DNA of 64,000 nt from a virus (taxonomy: Duplodnaviria; Caudoviricetes), in the IMG/VR virus record IMGVR_UViG_3300046171_000271; one strand, written 5' to 3'. Positions 42,937-51,813 of this stretch are shown in pieces. The notes beneath the pieces are model-generated. The model did not search any database and was not told the origin of the DNA. It saw only the letters and a list, made by a program, of their open reading frames with translations. Both the position numbers and the translations under genes were made by a program. Every line of letters begins with the position of its first letter. The stretch's first letter is position 1.

Positions 42937-43371
42937 ATGGCAACCCGCTCACGCATCGGCATCGAACTCAAAGATGGTTCTATTCTGTCTGCCTATCATC
43001 ACTGGGATGGTTATCCGCAGTGGTTGGGACGTATTCTGAACACACATTACACCTCCCGTGAACAGGCAGCAGATCTGATTGACGGTGGCGATATGTCATC
43101 TTGCTGGAGTAATGAGTGCTGGACTGGTAAAGAAATTGCTCCTTATGTGAGAGAGATTAAAGAAACCGCAGAATATGGTCCCCAGTATTATTCTCAACGT
43201 GGTGAGAATTGCCCTCCTCGTTATGATCAAACCCGTGAAGAGTTTCTGTCTAATGGCGAAGAGTATTCTTATATTTTTACGAGTGCAGGATGGATATGCT
43301 ATAATATGAATGAGTTCAATGACAATGATCCCGAAATCGTTGAAATTCCCTCTGGAGCACTTGCAGTATGA
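42937..43371 (+). CDS. hypothetical early protein
   Basis: MATRSRIGI..YHHWDGYP..GGDMSS. Confidence 0.75.
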   Translation: MATRSRIGIELKDGSILSAYHHWDGYPQWLGRILNTHYTSREQAADLIDGGDMSSCWSNECWTGKEIAPYVREIKETAEYGPQYYSQRGENCPPRYDQTREEFLSNGEEYSYIFTSAGWICYNMNEFNDNDPEIVEIPSGALAV

Positions 43372-43550
43372 ACGGAGCACCATTGATTGTGGATTTGGAA
43401 GAACTGGAGGTGCTGCAAACCGCCCTCCAGAAGTTACCTAAATCTGATAGCAAAAGTCCAAAAGTCTCTTTGCTTTATAATAAAATTGTTTCTGTTAAAG
43501 AAGCGATTGAACTTCAAGAACTCTACCTTACAGATCCGCGCAATGACTGA
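43368..43550 (+). CDS. small hypothetical protein
   Basis: ATGA-coupled ORF. Confidence 0.5.
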   Translation: MNGAPLIVDLEELEVLQTALQKLPKSDSKSPKVSLLYNKIVSVKEAIELQELYLTDPRND

Positions 43551-43668
43551 CACCGAAAAGCAGTATTGGCAAGAAATAGCCATCGATTTCTGGAAAGAAA
43601 TTGAAAAAGAAGCAGAAGAACTTGAGGTAACTGTTGATTATTACATCGAGGAGTTTTTTACATCATGA
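43543..43668 (+). CDS. small acidic hypothetical protein
   Basis: EAEELEVTVDYYIEEF. Confidence 0.55.
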   Translation: MTDTEKQYWQEIAIDFWKEIEKEAEELEVTVDYYIEEFFTS

Positions 43669-43841
43669 CTGAAGAACAAAAGTTTAAAGTTATCATCGAG
43701 GAAACTAATGGTTGGTTTCTCTATGATAAAAATGCACAAAATCTGACTCGCGCTGATGGTATTAAGTGGGTTGATGATGCCATGAGAGATGGTATCTCAC
43801 CCGATAGATTGCGCGTTGTTCGACAGGAGTGGGGACAATGA
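43665..43841 (+). CDS. small hypothetical protein (not in ORF track)
   Basis: MTEEQKFKVIIEETNGW..DGISPDRLRVVR. Confidence 0.6.
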   Translation: MTEEQKFKVIIEETNGWFLYDKNAQNLTRADGIKWVDDAMRDGISPDRLRVVRQEWGQ

Positions 43842-44260
43842 ACGGAAATCTTGAACCTGAAGAATCTGTAATGAATGACAAAGTTATTGCTTCTCGTAAG
43901 TCAGCGTCTGTAATGAAAACTGTATCAGGAAAATTGTCTGATATTATTGCTGCTCTGGGGTGGGATTGCTATGATGATGTTGTAGTTGAAATTGGTGGTA
44001 CTCAGGTTTCTGGTATTCATCAACCCGAAAATTACAATAAAAAATGGGCAGCACCTTATGGTGCTCGCAAGTACAATAAAGATGCGTTCATTGTTATCAA
44101 GAATCGCACACGTTCTCCATTTGAGCCATCAAAACCAAACCCTGATCTTGTAGCACATCATCTTAAACCAGAAGTTGTTGAAGAGAAAAGTGAAAAAGAA
44201 ATCGCTGCTGAAATGAAGAAAGCAGATGATGAAAAGGGATATGACACTTACAGTAAATGA
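43838..44260 (+). CDS. hypothetical protein
   Basis: LGWDCYDDVVVEIGGT..KYNKDAFIVIKN. Confidence 0.7.
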   Translation: MNGNLEPEESVMNDKVIASRKSASVMKTVSGKLSDIIAALGWDCYDDVVVEIGGTQVSGIHQPENYNKKWAAPYGARKYNKDAFIVIKNRTRSPFEPSKPNPDLVAHHLKPEVVEEKSEKEIAAEMKKADDEKGYDTYSK

Positions 44261-44269
44261 GGGAGAAAA

Positions 44270-44521
44270 TTGATGAAACCTGACATGATTGTGACATGGA
44301 AAGATCATCTTAAAAAAGGATGGATCTGGAAAGCAAATGTTGAACTTGCAATGGAAGATGTTGGAGAATCCAGTTTTTATTCTGTCGATGTTTATGTTGT
44401 AGCACCAAATCAAAGTCTTGCTCAATACATTGTGACTACGATGTATCCAGAGTTTGAGAGTTTGTGTATTGATGATGAACCTATGACATCAGAGACTTAT
44501 GGTAAAGTCACTACACAATGA
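44270..44521 (+). CDS. small hypothetical protein
   Basis: 83 aa ORF. Confidence 0.6.
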   Translation: MMKPDMIVTWKDHLKKGWIWKANVELAMEDVGESSFYSVDVYVVAPNQSLAQYIVTTMYPEFESLCIDDEPMTSETYGKVTTQ

Positions 44522-44808
44522 TTGAACTTCCGCCTGATTTTATTCATGAACCACCAAAAGGATACCACTACGAAGTTGAACAATTTCGACACAATCTTCA
44601 TCGCATTTGCATTGTCAATGATGGTGAGTTCTCCTATACTGATGTGGCACCTAAGTCCGTCTGGGGATTCTACAATTCAAAAAAGAGAGTCTATTTCGCG
44701 CCTATTAACTTCTCCAAGTGCGGAAATCAGGTAGACATTACTAAAACTCGCCCCTATACTGCAATGCAGTTGAACTTAAATCCACTTGAATATGTCTTAT
44801 ATTCCTAA
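44518..44808 (+). CDS. small hypothetical protein
   Basis: MIELPPDFIHEPPKGYHYEV..TRPYTAMQLNLNPL. Confidence 0.7.
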   Translation: MIELPPDFIHEPPKGYHYEVEQFRHNLHRICIVNDGEFSYTDVAPKSVWGFYNSKKRVYFAPINFSKCGNQVDITKTRPYTAMQLNLNPLEYVLYS

Positions 44809-45016
44809 GGTTAATGACTATGTAAAATGGAGAAACCACGAAGGTTGGGTGTATTTCAAGTGCAATGAAACAATCAGCATTGAAATAGCTGTTAAGGACA
44901 AGTATTCCCGAGCAGGTGGAACACATCATAAAAAAGATCATGTCCTGTTAGTGTGTCAACGCTTTCAATGGGGTGAATTAGAGTACATTAAATCCAGAAA
45001 AAGTATCCATGATTAA
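44786..45016 (+). CDS. small hypothetical protein
   Basis: YIPKVNDYVKW..EGWVYFKC. Confidence 0.65.
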   Translation: MNMSYIPKVNDYVKWRNHEGWVYFKCNETISIEIAVKDKYSRAGGTHHKKDHVLLVCQRFQWGELEYIKSRKSIHD

Positions 45017-45161
45017 GTATCAAGTTTCATACAAAAAAGCGAAGAAGAAAGGTTATGCTTGTCATAAAGCAGTTTTCTATAAGATTGAAGATGCAATGTT
45101 CTGGGAAGAACATGTAAAGAATAACCTTGAGGGCAGGGACGTTCAACTAACTGTCCACTGA
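45009..45161 (+). CDS. small basic hypothetical protein
   Basis: MIKYQVSYKKAKKKG..FYKIEDAMFWE. Confidence 0.6.
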   Translation: MIKYQVSYKKAKKKGYACHKAVFYKIEDAMFWEEHVKNNLEGRDVQLTVH

Positions 45162-45203
45162 TCCAACTACTGCCACCTAATCCCTGTATATTAAAAAAGT
45201 CAA
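45136..45203 (+). promoter_or_regulatory. early promoter element copy 3
   Basis: GGGACG-N10-TGTCCAC, TATATT at 45187, AAGTCAAA. Confidence 0.7.
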
Positions 45204-45215
45204 ACAAACGACATC

Positions 45216-45362
45216 ATGAACAACGATTTCACCGACACCCCTCAAATTGAAGAAGTTCTTTACATGAACGATGAATCTATCGATCAATTCCTTGATGAGC
45301 AAGGTGACATCATTGGTATGAATGTTGAATGTGATGAGTTTGATACAAATATGACTGTGTAA
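45216..45362 (+). CDS. small acidic hypothetical protein
   Basis: 48 aa ORF after promoter. Confidence 0.55.
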   Translation: MNNDFTDTPQIEEVLYMNDESIDQFLDEQGDIIGMNVECDEFDTNMTV

Positions 45363-45430
45363 TTATCAACTCACATAGATACCTTTGTATCGGTTGTTGA
45401 GGAAACTTTAACAACTTCTAAAGAACATTA

Positions 45431-45465
45431 AAGGCATCCTAAATAAGGGTGCCTTATTTCTTTTT
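45431..45465 (+). terminator. hairpin terminator with late-promoter-like CTAAATA at the loop
   Basis: AAGGCATCCT-AAATA-AGGGTGCCTT then ATTTCTTTTT. Confidence 0.65.
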
Positions 45466-45621
45466 ATGACACCTCACAAATACGATCACATACTAATCCA
45501 TAGAAATCCATACAATAACAAACCAATCACAATCGAATACAGAGATCCTAAATTCATACAAACACGAATCTATTTTCAGTGTGAGAGTGATTATTTCAGG
45601 AGTAAAAAGACAAAAGTATAA
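45466..45621 (+). CDS. 51 aa hypothetical protein
   Basis: MTPHKYDHILIHRNPYNNKP..YFRSKKTKV. Confidence 0.5.
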   Translation: MTPHKYDHILIHRNPYNNKPITIEYRDPKFIQTRIYFQCESDYFRSKKTKV

Positions 45622-45665
45622 CTGTCACAGTGGGGGTTGCTAAACCCCTTTTTTAATGCAATAAT
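45608..45665 (+). promoter_or_regulatory. early promoter element copy 4
   Basis: AGACA-N10-TGTCACA; TTGCTA..CAATAAT. Confidence 0.65.
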
Positions 45666-45671
45666 ATATTC

Positions 45672-46554
45672 ATGAAAAACATTCATCTCCAACACCCCGA
45701 AGATTCTATTCTCTCGGGTGATCTTTCCGTTCTCGATTGGTTCCTGACTCCTTCACATCTTTCTGTAAAGATGGACGGATCACCAGCTATTGTGTGGGGT
45801 AAAAATCCTGCCACTGGTAATCATTTTGTCGGAACTAAATCTGTCTTCAATAAAGTTAAAATCAAGATCAATGAATCGCATGATGACATCGACAGGAATC
45901 ATGAAGATGCAGTCGCTGAGATCCTTCATGCTTGCTTCGATTATCTTCCTTTCACGGATCACGTCATCCAAGGTGATTTTATTGGTTTCGGAGGGAGTGA
46001 TACTTTCACTCCTAATACACTCACTTATGTCTTCGACGAGACTGTAACTGAAAATATCATCGTAGCACCTCATACTTTCTATGAATGTGAGAATGATCTG
46101 CGCGATGCTATTGCACATCCGATGGAGTATTTCAACATTCCAAGCACCGAGCATGTGAAAATGGTGCAACCAAAGTGTTGGGAAGTTGATGAAGATTTTG
46201 ATGAAATTGTTGGTTTCGCTCGTCAGATGGCACAACTGGTGAAGTTTGTTGACGAGAAAGAAGCAGCTAAACTTAGAATCGAACTGAACAAATGTATCCG
46301 CAGAAGGTGTCGATGTGGTGCCAGATACATTCGACAATTCTATGCTGATTTCATTCTGGTTCTTGATCAAATCTATCAAGGATGATGTGTTGTTTATGTG
46401 TCGCAACAATGGTGCTAAAGCATACATTGGCAACAAACAATGTGAGGGTGAAGGTTATGTTCGCAGCAATGAGTTTGGCATCTATAAGTTAGTCAATCGC
46501 TATGAGTTTTCTCGCGCAAACTTCAACAATATGAAGGCATGGGGACAGTCCTGA
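45672..46554 (+). CDS. protein with ligase/nucleotidyltransferase motifs (frameshift ~46300)
   Basis: SVKMDGSP (I), VIQGDF (III), EGEGYV (IV), YKLV (V). Confidence 0.6.
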
Positions 46555-46612
46555 TAGTGTCCACAGAGGTGCCCAGAAGCGCCTGTAGCGTGTATTATTA
46601 AAGAGTCAAAGG
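46541..46612 (+). promoter_or_regulatory. early promoter element copy 5
   Basis: GGGGACA-N10-TGTCCAC, TATTAT at 46593, AGAGTCAAAGG. Confidence 0.8.
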
Positions 46613-46621
46613 GATTTCACC

Positions 46622-46984
46622 ATGACTACTGAATTTGCTGATTTCGTTGCAACTCAAGACGCTCGCAATCAAATTCAACTTAACATCAGAAAGTATTGCC
46701 TGATGTTGTGTGATTGCCTGCTGCAGGACATGCAAAGCAAGCATCCCAATTGTAATTATGATTTTTATATTAAAGAAGGTGGGCGAAAGTATCACAAAAT
46801 TGTGATGAATACTGGTAATCAACGTTCTGTCCATGCTTTCGTTGATAAGAAGACTGGTGAAGTTTACAAGGCAGCATCATGGAAAGCACCTGCAAAGCAC
46901 GTTCGTTTTAACTTGCTAGAGATCAATTCCCGTGAGGAATGTTTTGTTCGTGCAGATTGGGCAGGAGATTATCTCTACATGTGA
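46622..46984 (+). CDS. hypothetical early protein
   Basis: GRKYHKIV..SVHAFVDKKTGEVYKAASWKAPAK. Confidence 0.75.
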   Translation: MTTEFADFVATQDARNQIQLNIRKYCLMLCDCLLQDMQSKHPNCNYDFYIKEGGRKYHKIVMNTGNQRSVHAFVDKKTGEVYKAASWKAPAKHVRFNLLEINSREECFVRADWAGDYLYM

Positions 46985-47036
46985 CAATGATCAAGGTGTC
47001 CACTGCATTGCCAGGGACACCTTTTTCGTGTAAACT
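46980..47036 (+). promoter_or_regulatory. early promoter element copy 6
   Basis: TGTGACA-N10-TGTCCAC; TTGCCA-17-TAAACT. Confidence 0.75.
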
Positions 47037-47057
47037 GTTATCAACAACAAAGGTTCA

Positions 47058-48229
47058 ATGTTTTCCCTCCGTCCACATCAGCAGCGTGCATGTGAATCAA
47101 TGCGGAAATATGAGAAGGGAACTGTCATCATCCCCGACAGGTGGTGGCAAGACGATGTGCATGATTCAGGATACATTGACTGCGTTCGATGATAGTGTGA
47201 ATCGCACAGTTGTTGTAGTTGCACCGCGTATTTTGTTGGCGGAGCAGTTATGTTCTGAGTTCTTAGAACATATCACAAACGTCAGTGTTCTTCATGTTCA
47301 CTCAGGGGAGACACATTTCTTCAGCACAACTAAAACAAAGCAGATTAAGTTGTGGAGTAAGTACACTCGTGGGAGAAAACTTATCTTCACGACTTACAAC
47401 AGTTTGCAGAAGATTGTTGATGCTGAGATTGACATTCACACCGCTTACTTTGACGAAGCACATAACAGTGTGAAGCGTAACTTCTTCGCTCCGACAGAAC
47501 AACTTAGTCAATCTAATTCACGGGCGTTCTTTTTCACTGCGACACCAAAGTACAGCAGCACAGTGTTCAAACCTGGCATGAATATGCCTGAGATTTATGG
47601 TAACACAATCTGCAATGTGCCTGCTCCTGAGTTAGTCGAAGGTGGATACATCTTGCCGCCCAAAGTTGTAGTGAAAGAGATGGAAATGGCAGAGAAAGGT
47701 TTGAACTATGATCGTGATGCAAATTATATGCTTCATGCGATCAATGATGAGAATGTTGATAAGATCTTGATTGCTGCTCGTACTACCAAACAGATCATCG
47801 GGTTGGTATCACAAACTGATTTTTGTGTTCAGTTACAAGCAGCGTGGTTATTCTTGGATGATGATCACATCGAAGACTGGTGCAATTATCGACGGTGAGA
47901 AGGTTGATCGTGAGACATTCTTCGAGACATTGAATACATGGGGCAAGACAAAAGGCAAGCGGTTTGTTGTCATTCACCATAGCATTTTGTCGAAGGTATC
48001 AATGTCAATGGATTGGAAGCAGTTCTTTTCATGCGAAACATGGACTACATTGGTATCAGTCAAACTATCGGACGTGTTATCAGATTGGGTGACAAGTCTA
48101 AGCAGTTTGGTTTAGTTGTTGTCCCTGTATTTGACAAGGTTGGTATCACTACCAGTCGCAAAGTTCAAGCAGTTGTTGATACCGTATTTCAACAAGGTGA
48201 ACCCGCCTATTTCTACCATCAAACGCTAA
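47058..48229 (+). CDS. SF2 (DEAH) helicase, type III Res-like (about 4 frameshifts)
   Basis: LRPHQQRA, PTGGGKT, VVAPR, FDEAH, TATP, QTIGRVIR. Confidence 0.85.
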
Positions 48230-48233
48230 TCTC

Positions 48234-48761
48234 ATGCTTAATTTCAAAACTTTTGAACTGAATTGTTTAGCACATCTTATTCCAAATCTTGTGGAATATA
48301 CTGACAACAACCTACGCTTTCCTAAAGCAGGAGAAATGATTGAAAAAGCGTATGAAGTTTATAGTAACGGACAACTGAAAAGAGTTAATTAACCTGGTGT
48401 TGATCTTATCACTCCCGATGGTGTAACTTATGAGTCAAAAGTAACACAATTCAGGAACAAATCTCAGATGGCAGTGAGAAGTTTAATTCTTAAGAATCGT
48501 AGAGCAGCAACACCTCATGAAGACAAATTAGCAGATTATTTTATCATCACTGACATTAAAAAGGGACAGCATGTTGTATTCCATCATCGAAACTTTTTAA
48601 TTTCAAAGACAATGGTGCAACACTTACTGCAAGTGCTAATCCTACCTATCGATGACTTTTTCTTGACTGGATGTAAATCAAAAGATACAAGTTCTGATGA
48701 TTATTTTGCAGAATCTGAACAATTTGATTATGAGTATATCAGAAGTTTTCGCAGTGCATGA
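48234..48761 (+). CDS. putative PD-(D/E)xK nuclease with one in-frame TAA (48390-48392)
   Basis: GEMIEKA..PGVDLITPDGVTYESK..ADYFII; same frame before and after the stop. Confidence 0.5.
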
Positions 48762-48904
48762 TTATGTTAGATTATGACATTGAAAAGTCTATCCTTGAGT
48801 TATCATTAAGGAAGACAAGTTTGCAGAAAGAAATAGAAGAAATTGATTTGCAGATTGCGTTCTTGATTGAACAGAAGGAGGAGCAAGAGAAAATGTAAAC
48901 AATA

Positions 48905-48977
48905 TGTGCCAAAAGTATTGGTGGCACAAACATTTACCAAACACACTTATTTCCTGTATATTAAAAGAGTCAAAGGG
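48905..48977 (+). promoter_or_regulatory. early promoter element copy 7
   Basis: TGTGCCA-N10-TGGCACA, TATATT at 48957, AGAGTCAAAGG. Confidence 0.85.
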
Positions 48978-48986
48978 ATTCTTCCT

Positions 48987-49274
48987 ATGAACTACACTCT
49001 CCAACAACTGAAAGATCGAGTCAACACTCTCATCGAACAACAGGGAGAAACTGCATACTGTGCAGCATGGATTTACACTGCCGAAGATTGTGTTGTGTAC
49101 GATGAAAATGATGAACCACAATATCCTGCTCATACAGATCAGGAGTTGAGTGAAAGAATCTTTAATGATGTTGGGAACATTGATTACATCTATCAGGTGA
49201 TTCAAGAATGTGTTGATGAGGTTGTAGAAGAGCAAGTTATGCTTCAACAACAAGAATTGGCGGAGGTTGAATGA
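48987..49274 (+). CDS. hypothetical early protein
   Basis: MNYTLQQLKDRVNTLIEQQGE..CAAWIYT; start follows promoter. Confidence 0.65.
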   Translation: MNYTLQQLKDRVNTLIEQQGETAYCAAWIYTAEDCVVYDENDEPQYPAHTDQELSERIFNDVGNIDYIYQVIQECVDEVVEEQVMLQQQELAEVE

Positions 49275-49516
49275 ACACTCTCGCACAACTTCGCAAACTT
49301 TCTATCTACAAACCAATGCAAGAATCTAAGTTCAATCTCTACGGCGAACTTATCCGCCCTAATGGTTTTCAAAAGTATGACATTCTGAGTTACATTGCCG
49401 AGACAAGAGAGGAAGCAATCGCTACATGTAGGAAGAACAATCCTTACTTCAATATCATCACAATTCAGGTAGATGATACTGTACCTGAAGTCGTCAAAGT
49501 TCAATCTATCGCCTAA
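49271..49516 (+). CDS. small hypothetical protein
   Basis: ATGA-coupled, 81 aa. Confidence 0.6.
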   Translation: MNTLAQLRKLSIYKPMQESKFNLYGELIRPNGFQKYDILSYIAETREEAIATCRKNNPYFNIITIQVDDTVPEVVKVQSIA

Positions 49517-49519
49517 CTG

Positions 49520-49717
49520 ATGCAAACAACGACTGCAACTTATCAGATTCAGGTAACAACTGATGAAGGTTCGATGTCATTTTACAAGTCAATGCCCACC
49601 AAACCAAAGACATCGAAGGGGATCAAATCACAGAACAATAAATTATCAAAATGGGTAGAAAAAACCTATCCTAATTTCATCTCTTACGAAATTATTCCCA
49701 CTGACTTAATCTTCTGA
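49520..49717 (+). CDS. small hypothetical protein
   Basis: MQTTTATYQIQVTT..GIKSQNNKLSKWVE. Confidence 0.65.
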   Translation: MQTTTATYQIQVTTDEGSMSFYKSMPTKPKTSKGIKSQNNKLSKWVEKTYPNFISYEIIPTDLIF

Positions 49718-49878
49718 TGAAAGTAACTAAATCCACAAGAGCACCAAGAATGGGCAGGCAAATTGTCTGTCCTGAGTGTAACACAGTCGCAACAGTTTAT
49801 CACTTTGCATGGAGTGGATTACAGTGTCAACATTGTGAACAAATGATTGATAAGTATGATTGGGGTGTAAAACAATGA
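49717..49878 (+). CDS. small zinc-ribbon protein (not in ORF track)
   Basis: CPEC..VYHFAWSGLQCQHC. Confidence 0.65.
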   Translation: MKVTKSTRAPRMGRQIVCPECNTVATVYHFAWSGLQCQHCEQMIDKYDWGVKQ

Positions 49879-50087
49879 CAAATAATAATATCAAAGATGT
49901 CACAAATTCACCAAAAGATTGGGAAGATTTTTGGTACTCTCCTGAGAAGTTTGGTGTGTGGGCTTACTATGACTCAGAAAGTGAGGGACGAGAGTATAAG
50001 AAACCGGACAAGGTTAGTAGATATGTCGAGGACGTATTGAACGGAAGAAATATAATGTGCAAACGTGAATCACCATTATCAGAGTGA
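49875..50087 (+). CDS. small hypothetical protein
   Basis: KDVTNSPKDWEDFW. Confidence 0.5.
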   Translation: MTNNNIKDVTNSPKDWEDFWYSPEKFGVWAYYDSESEGREYKKPDKVSRYVEDVLNGRNIMCKRESPLSE

Positions 50088-50095
50088 AAACAATA

Positions 50096-50170
50096 TGTGC
50101 CAAAAGTATTGGTGGCACATAACATCACCAAACACGATCAAATCGTGTATTGTATACACAAGTCAAGGGA
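50096..50170 (+). promoter_or_regulatory. early promoter element copy 8
   Basis: TGTGCCA-N10-TGGCACA, dyad identical to copy 7; TATTGT at 50148. Confidence 0.85.
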
Positions 50171-50179
50171 TTCACCCAA

Positions 50180-50503
50180 ATGTCACTCTTCACACAAGGT
50201 TGGAAAGCGGAAACTACTTTCGGTGATGATGTTACTGCACATCACATGAACACCCGTTCAGTGTATCGTTTCAAGGAGAATAGTGACTTCGCTATCACTC
50301 ATTCTGCGCGATATGTTGGTGACGAGAGTGTTGATCAATTCGCACTAACTTTCACTGAGGTTACTGCATACCATGACAGTGGAAATGTGTTATCTCAAGT
50401 CACAAAAACACTGGGAGTTTATGACACTTGGTTAGAGGCATTTTACCATGCCATTGATCTCATTCTTCAAAAGTCCGGTAAAATCACTGCACCTACATCA
50501 TGA
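50180..50503 (+). CDS. hypothetical early protein
   Basis: MSLFTQGWKAETTFG; start after promoter. Confidence 0.6.
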   Translation: MSLFTQGWKAETTFGDDVTAHHMNTRSVYRFKENSDFAITHSARYVGDESVDQFALTFTEVTAYHDSGNVLSQVTKTLGVYDTWLEAFYHAIDLILQKSGKITAPTS

Positions 50504-50679
50504 CTGCTTTTGTAACACCCAAGTCCAAAAAAGCAAAAAACAGATTCTCTAATCTGATGCAAAATCAACCAGAATGTTTCATCGAGCAGGATAAAGGTGA
50601 TCGGGTGTTTCTAACATCTGCCAATGGTAAAAATCACTTTTGGGTGTCACTTATTGATGATAAAGATTGGGAGCATTGA
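50500..50679 (+). CDS. small hypothetical protein (PKS.KAKNRF family; not in ORF track)
   Basis: MTAFVTPKSKKAKNRFSN..GDRVFLTSANGKNHFW..DKDW. Confidence 0.65.
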   Translation: MTAFVTPKSKKAKNRFSNLMQNQPECFIEQDKGDRVFLTSANGKNHFWVSLIDDKDWEH

Positions 50680-50761
50680 AATGTGATGATCAAAACTAAA
50701 AAGGAGTGGGCAAAATCCTACTCCTTGTTTTACACTTTTCTGCTGTTACTTTTCCTCTAAG

Positions 50762-51095
50762 ATGTTATTTGTCTCTGGCGAATCACCATTCAAAAGTATC
50801 ACCCATGATGTCTATGAGTTCTTTACATCACTGTATGAAATCTGCATCTGATGTTGAAGTATTTCACACAGACTTGAGTGATGATAATGCCTTAGGATTT
50901 ACAGAGGTTAATGGTGATGAACAGTTTGTTCAGATTCATAATGATCTGAGTGAGAAAGACTTTACCATCACATTATTGCATGAACTTGTGCATGTGTTTC
51001 AGAATGAATGGGGTGTAAATGATGAGATTGAGAGAGAAGATGAAGCCTATAGATTGGAGGGGATTCTATACAATAACTGGTGCATGACAAAATGA
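50762..51095 (+). CDS. zincin (HExxH) metallopeptidase-like protein (frameshift ~50845)
   Basis: ITLLHELVHVFQ..EDEAY. Confidence 0.65.
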
Positions 51096-51103
51096 TAAGA
51101 ATA

Positions 51104-51178
51104 TGTGTCACAAATACAAGTGGCACATAATATCACCAAACAGGATTAAAACCTGTATTGTATAAGAGTCAAAGAGAT
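51104..51178 (+). promoter_or_regulatory. early promoter element copy 9
   Basis: TGTGTCA-N10-TGGCACA, TATTGT at 51156, AGAGTCAAAG. Confidence 0.8.
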
Positions 51179-51190
51179 TCAATCAATCCG

Positions 51191-51433
51191 ATGAAATTCG
51201 CAACCATCAACTTCTGTATTTCCGGCAGCAACACTTCTCGTTGTCATCACACTTGTTCTGTCACTGACATTATGGGGACAGCAATCCAGAATCTGATTGA
51301 TACCAATGGACACAACACATTTAAGTTGAATGATGGCACAATCTTGAGCAATGTTGTTATCTGTTCAATGACAGATCGTCCCGTCGCAACTATGAACCAC
51401 TTCGGATTTTTGACACGCTTGCTTGGTATCTGA
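51191..51433 (+). CDS. hypothetical early protein
   Basis: start 13 nt after promoter leader. Confidence 0.5.
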   Translation: MKFATINFCISGSNTSRCHHTCSVTDIMGTAIQNLIDTNGHNTFKLNDGTILSNVVICSMTDRPVATMNHFGFLTRLLGI

Positions 51434-51475
51434 TTCTGTTCCTTATCTAACACAAACTTCCTTTTCTTCATTATC

Positions 51476-51743
51476 ATGCAAGTCACCAATTCTGCCACCA
51501 TTGTTGATTATTTCCCTGAGGCATTTATTGCTGAAGCAGATGACACCAAAGGGATGAAAGTAACAATCAAAAGGTTCATCAAACGAGTGTATTTCCGCGC
51601 TAATGGTATGAAATCGTATTCAGTGAGTTGTTGCAACTGATGCCAAGAATGAGTGGCAATCTCGTATCGCTAAGGGTGCAATAGTTACTGACTTCAATAC
51701 AGACAAAATGGATCGTTCTGAGTACATGCCTATGAGTTGCTGA
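51476..51743 (+). CDS. hypothetical protein (frameshift ~51630)
   Basis: MQVTNSATIVDYFPEAFIAEAD..KRFIKRVYF. Confidence 0.5.
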
Positions 51744-51813
51744 TAACATTCACTCTGTTCATTCTTACCCTACGGGTATGTCTTTTCTCTCCAACTTTAC
51801 CTACTCAAAACTA

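Noticed and set aside
45152-47003. TGTCCAC(A) half-sites as DnaA boxes
   Set aside because: They only partly match TTATCCACA, and the dispersed copies tied to promoters do not form an origin cluster.
48390-48392. Stop-codon reassignment (TAA read-through)
   Set aside because: This is a single case. TAA, TAG and TGA all terminate conserved genes normally, and there is no suppressor tRNA.
48867-48986. N-terminal extension of ORF 48867-49274
   Set aside because: It runs through promoter copy 7; the real start is likely ATG 48987.
42376-49286. Minus-strand ORFs 42376-42852, 45780-46436 and 48789-49286
   Set aside because: They lie antisense to motif-bearing plus-strand genes in an all-plus region and have no recognisable domains.
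42918-51175. AGTCAA after each early promoter as a minus-strand -35 (TTGACT)
   Set aside because: In copy 2, the one I checked, no -10 lies 17 nt away on the minus strand. It fits better as a conserved initial transcribed sequence.
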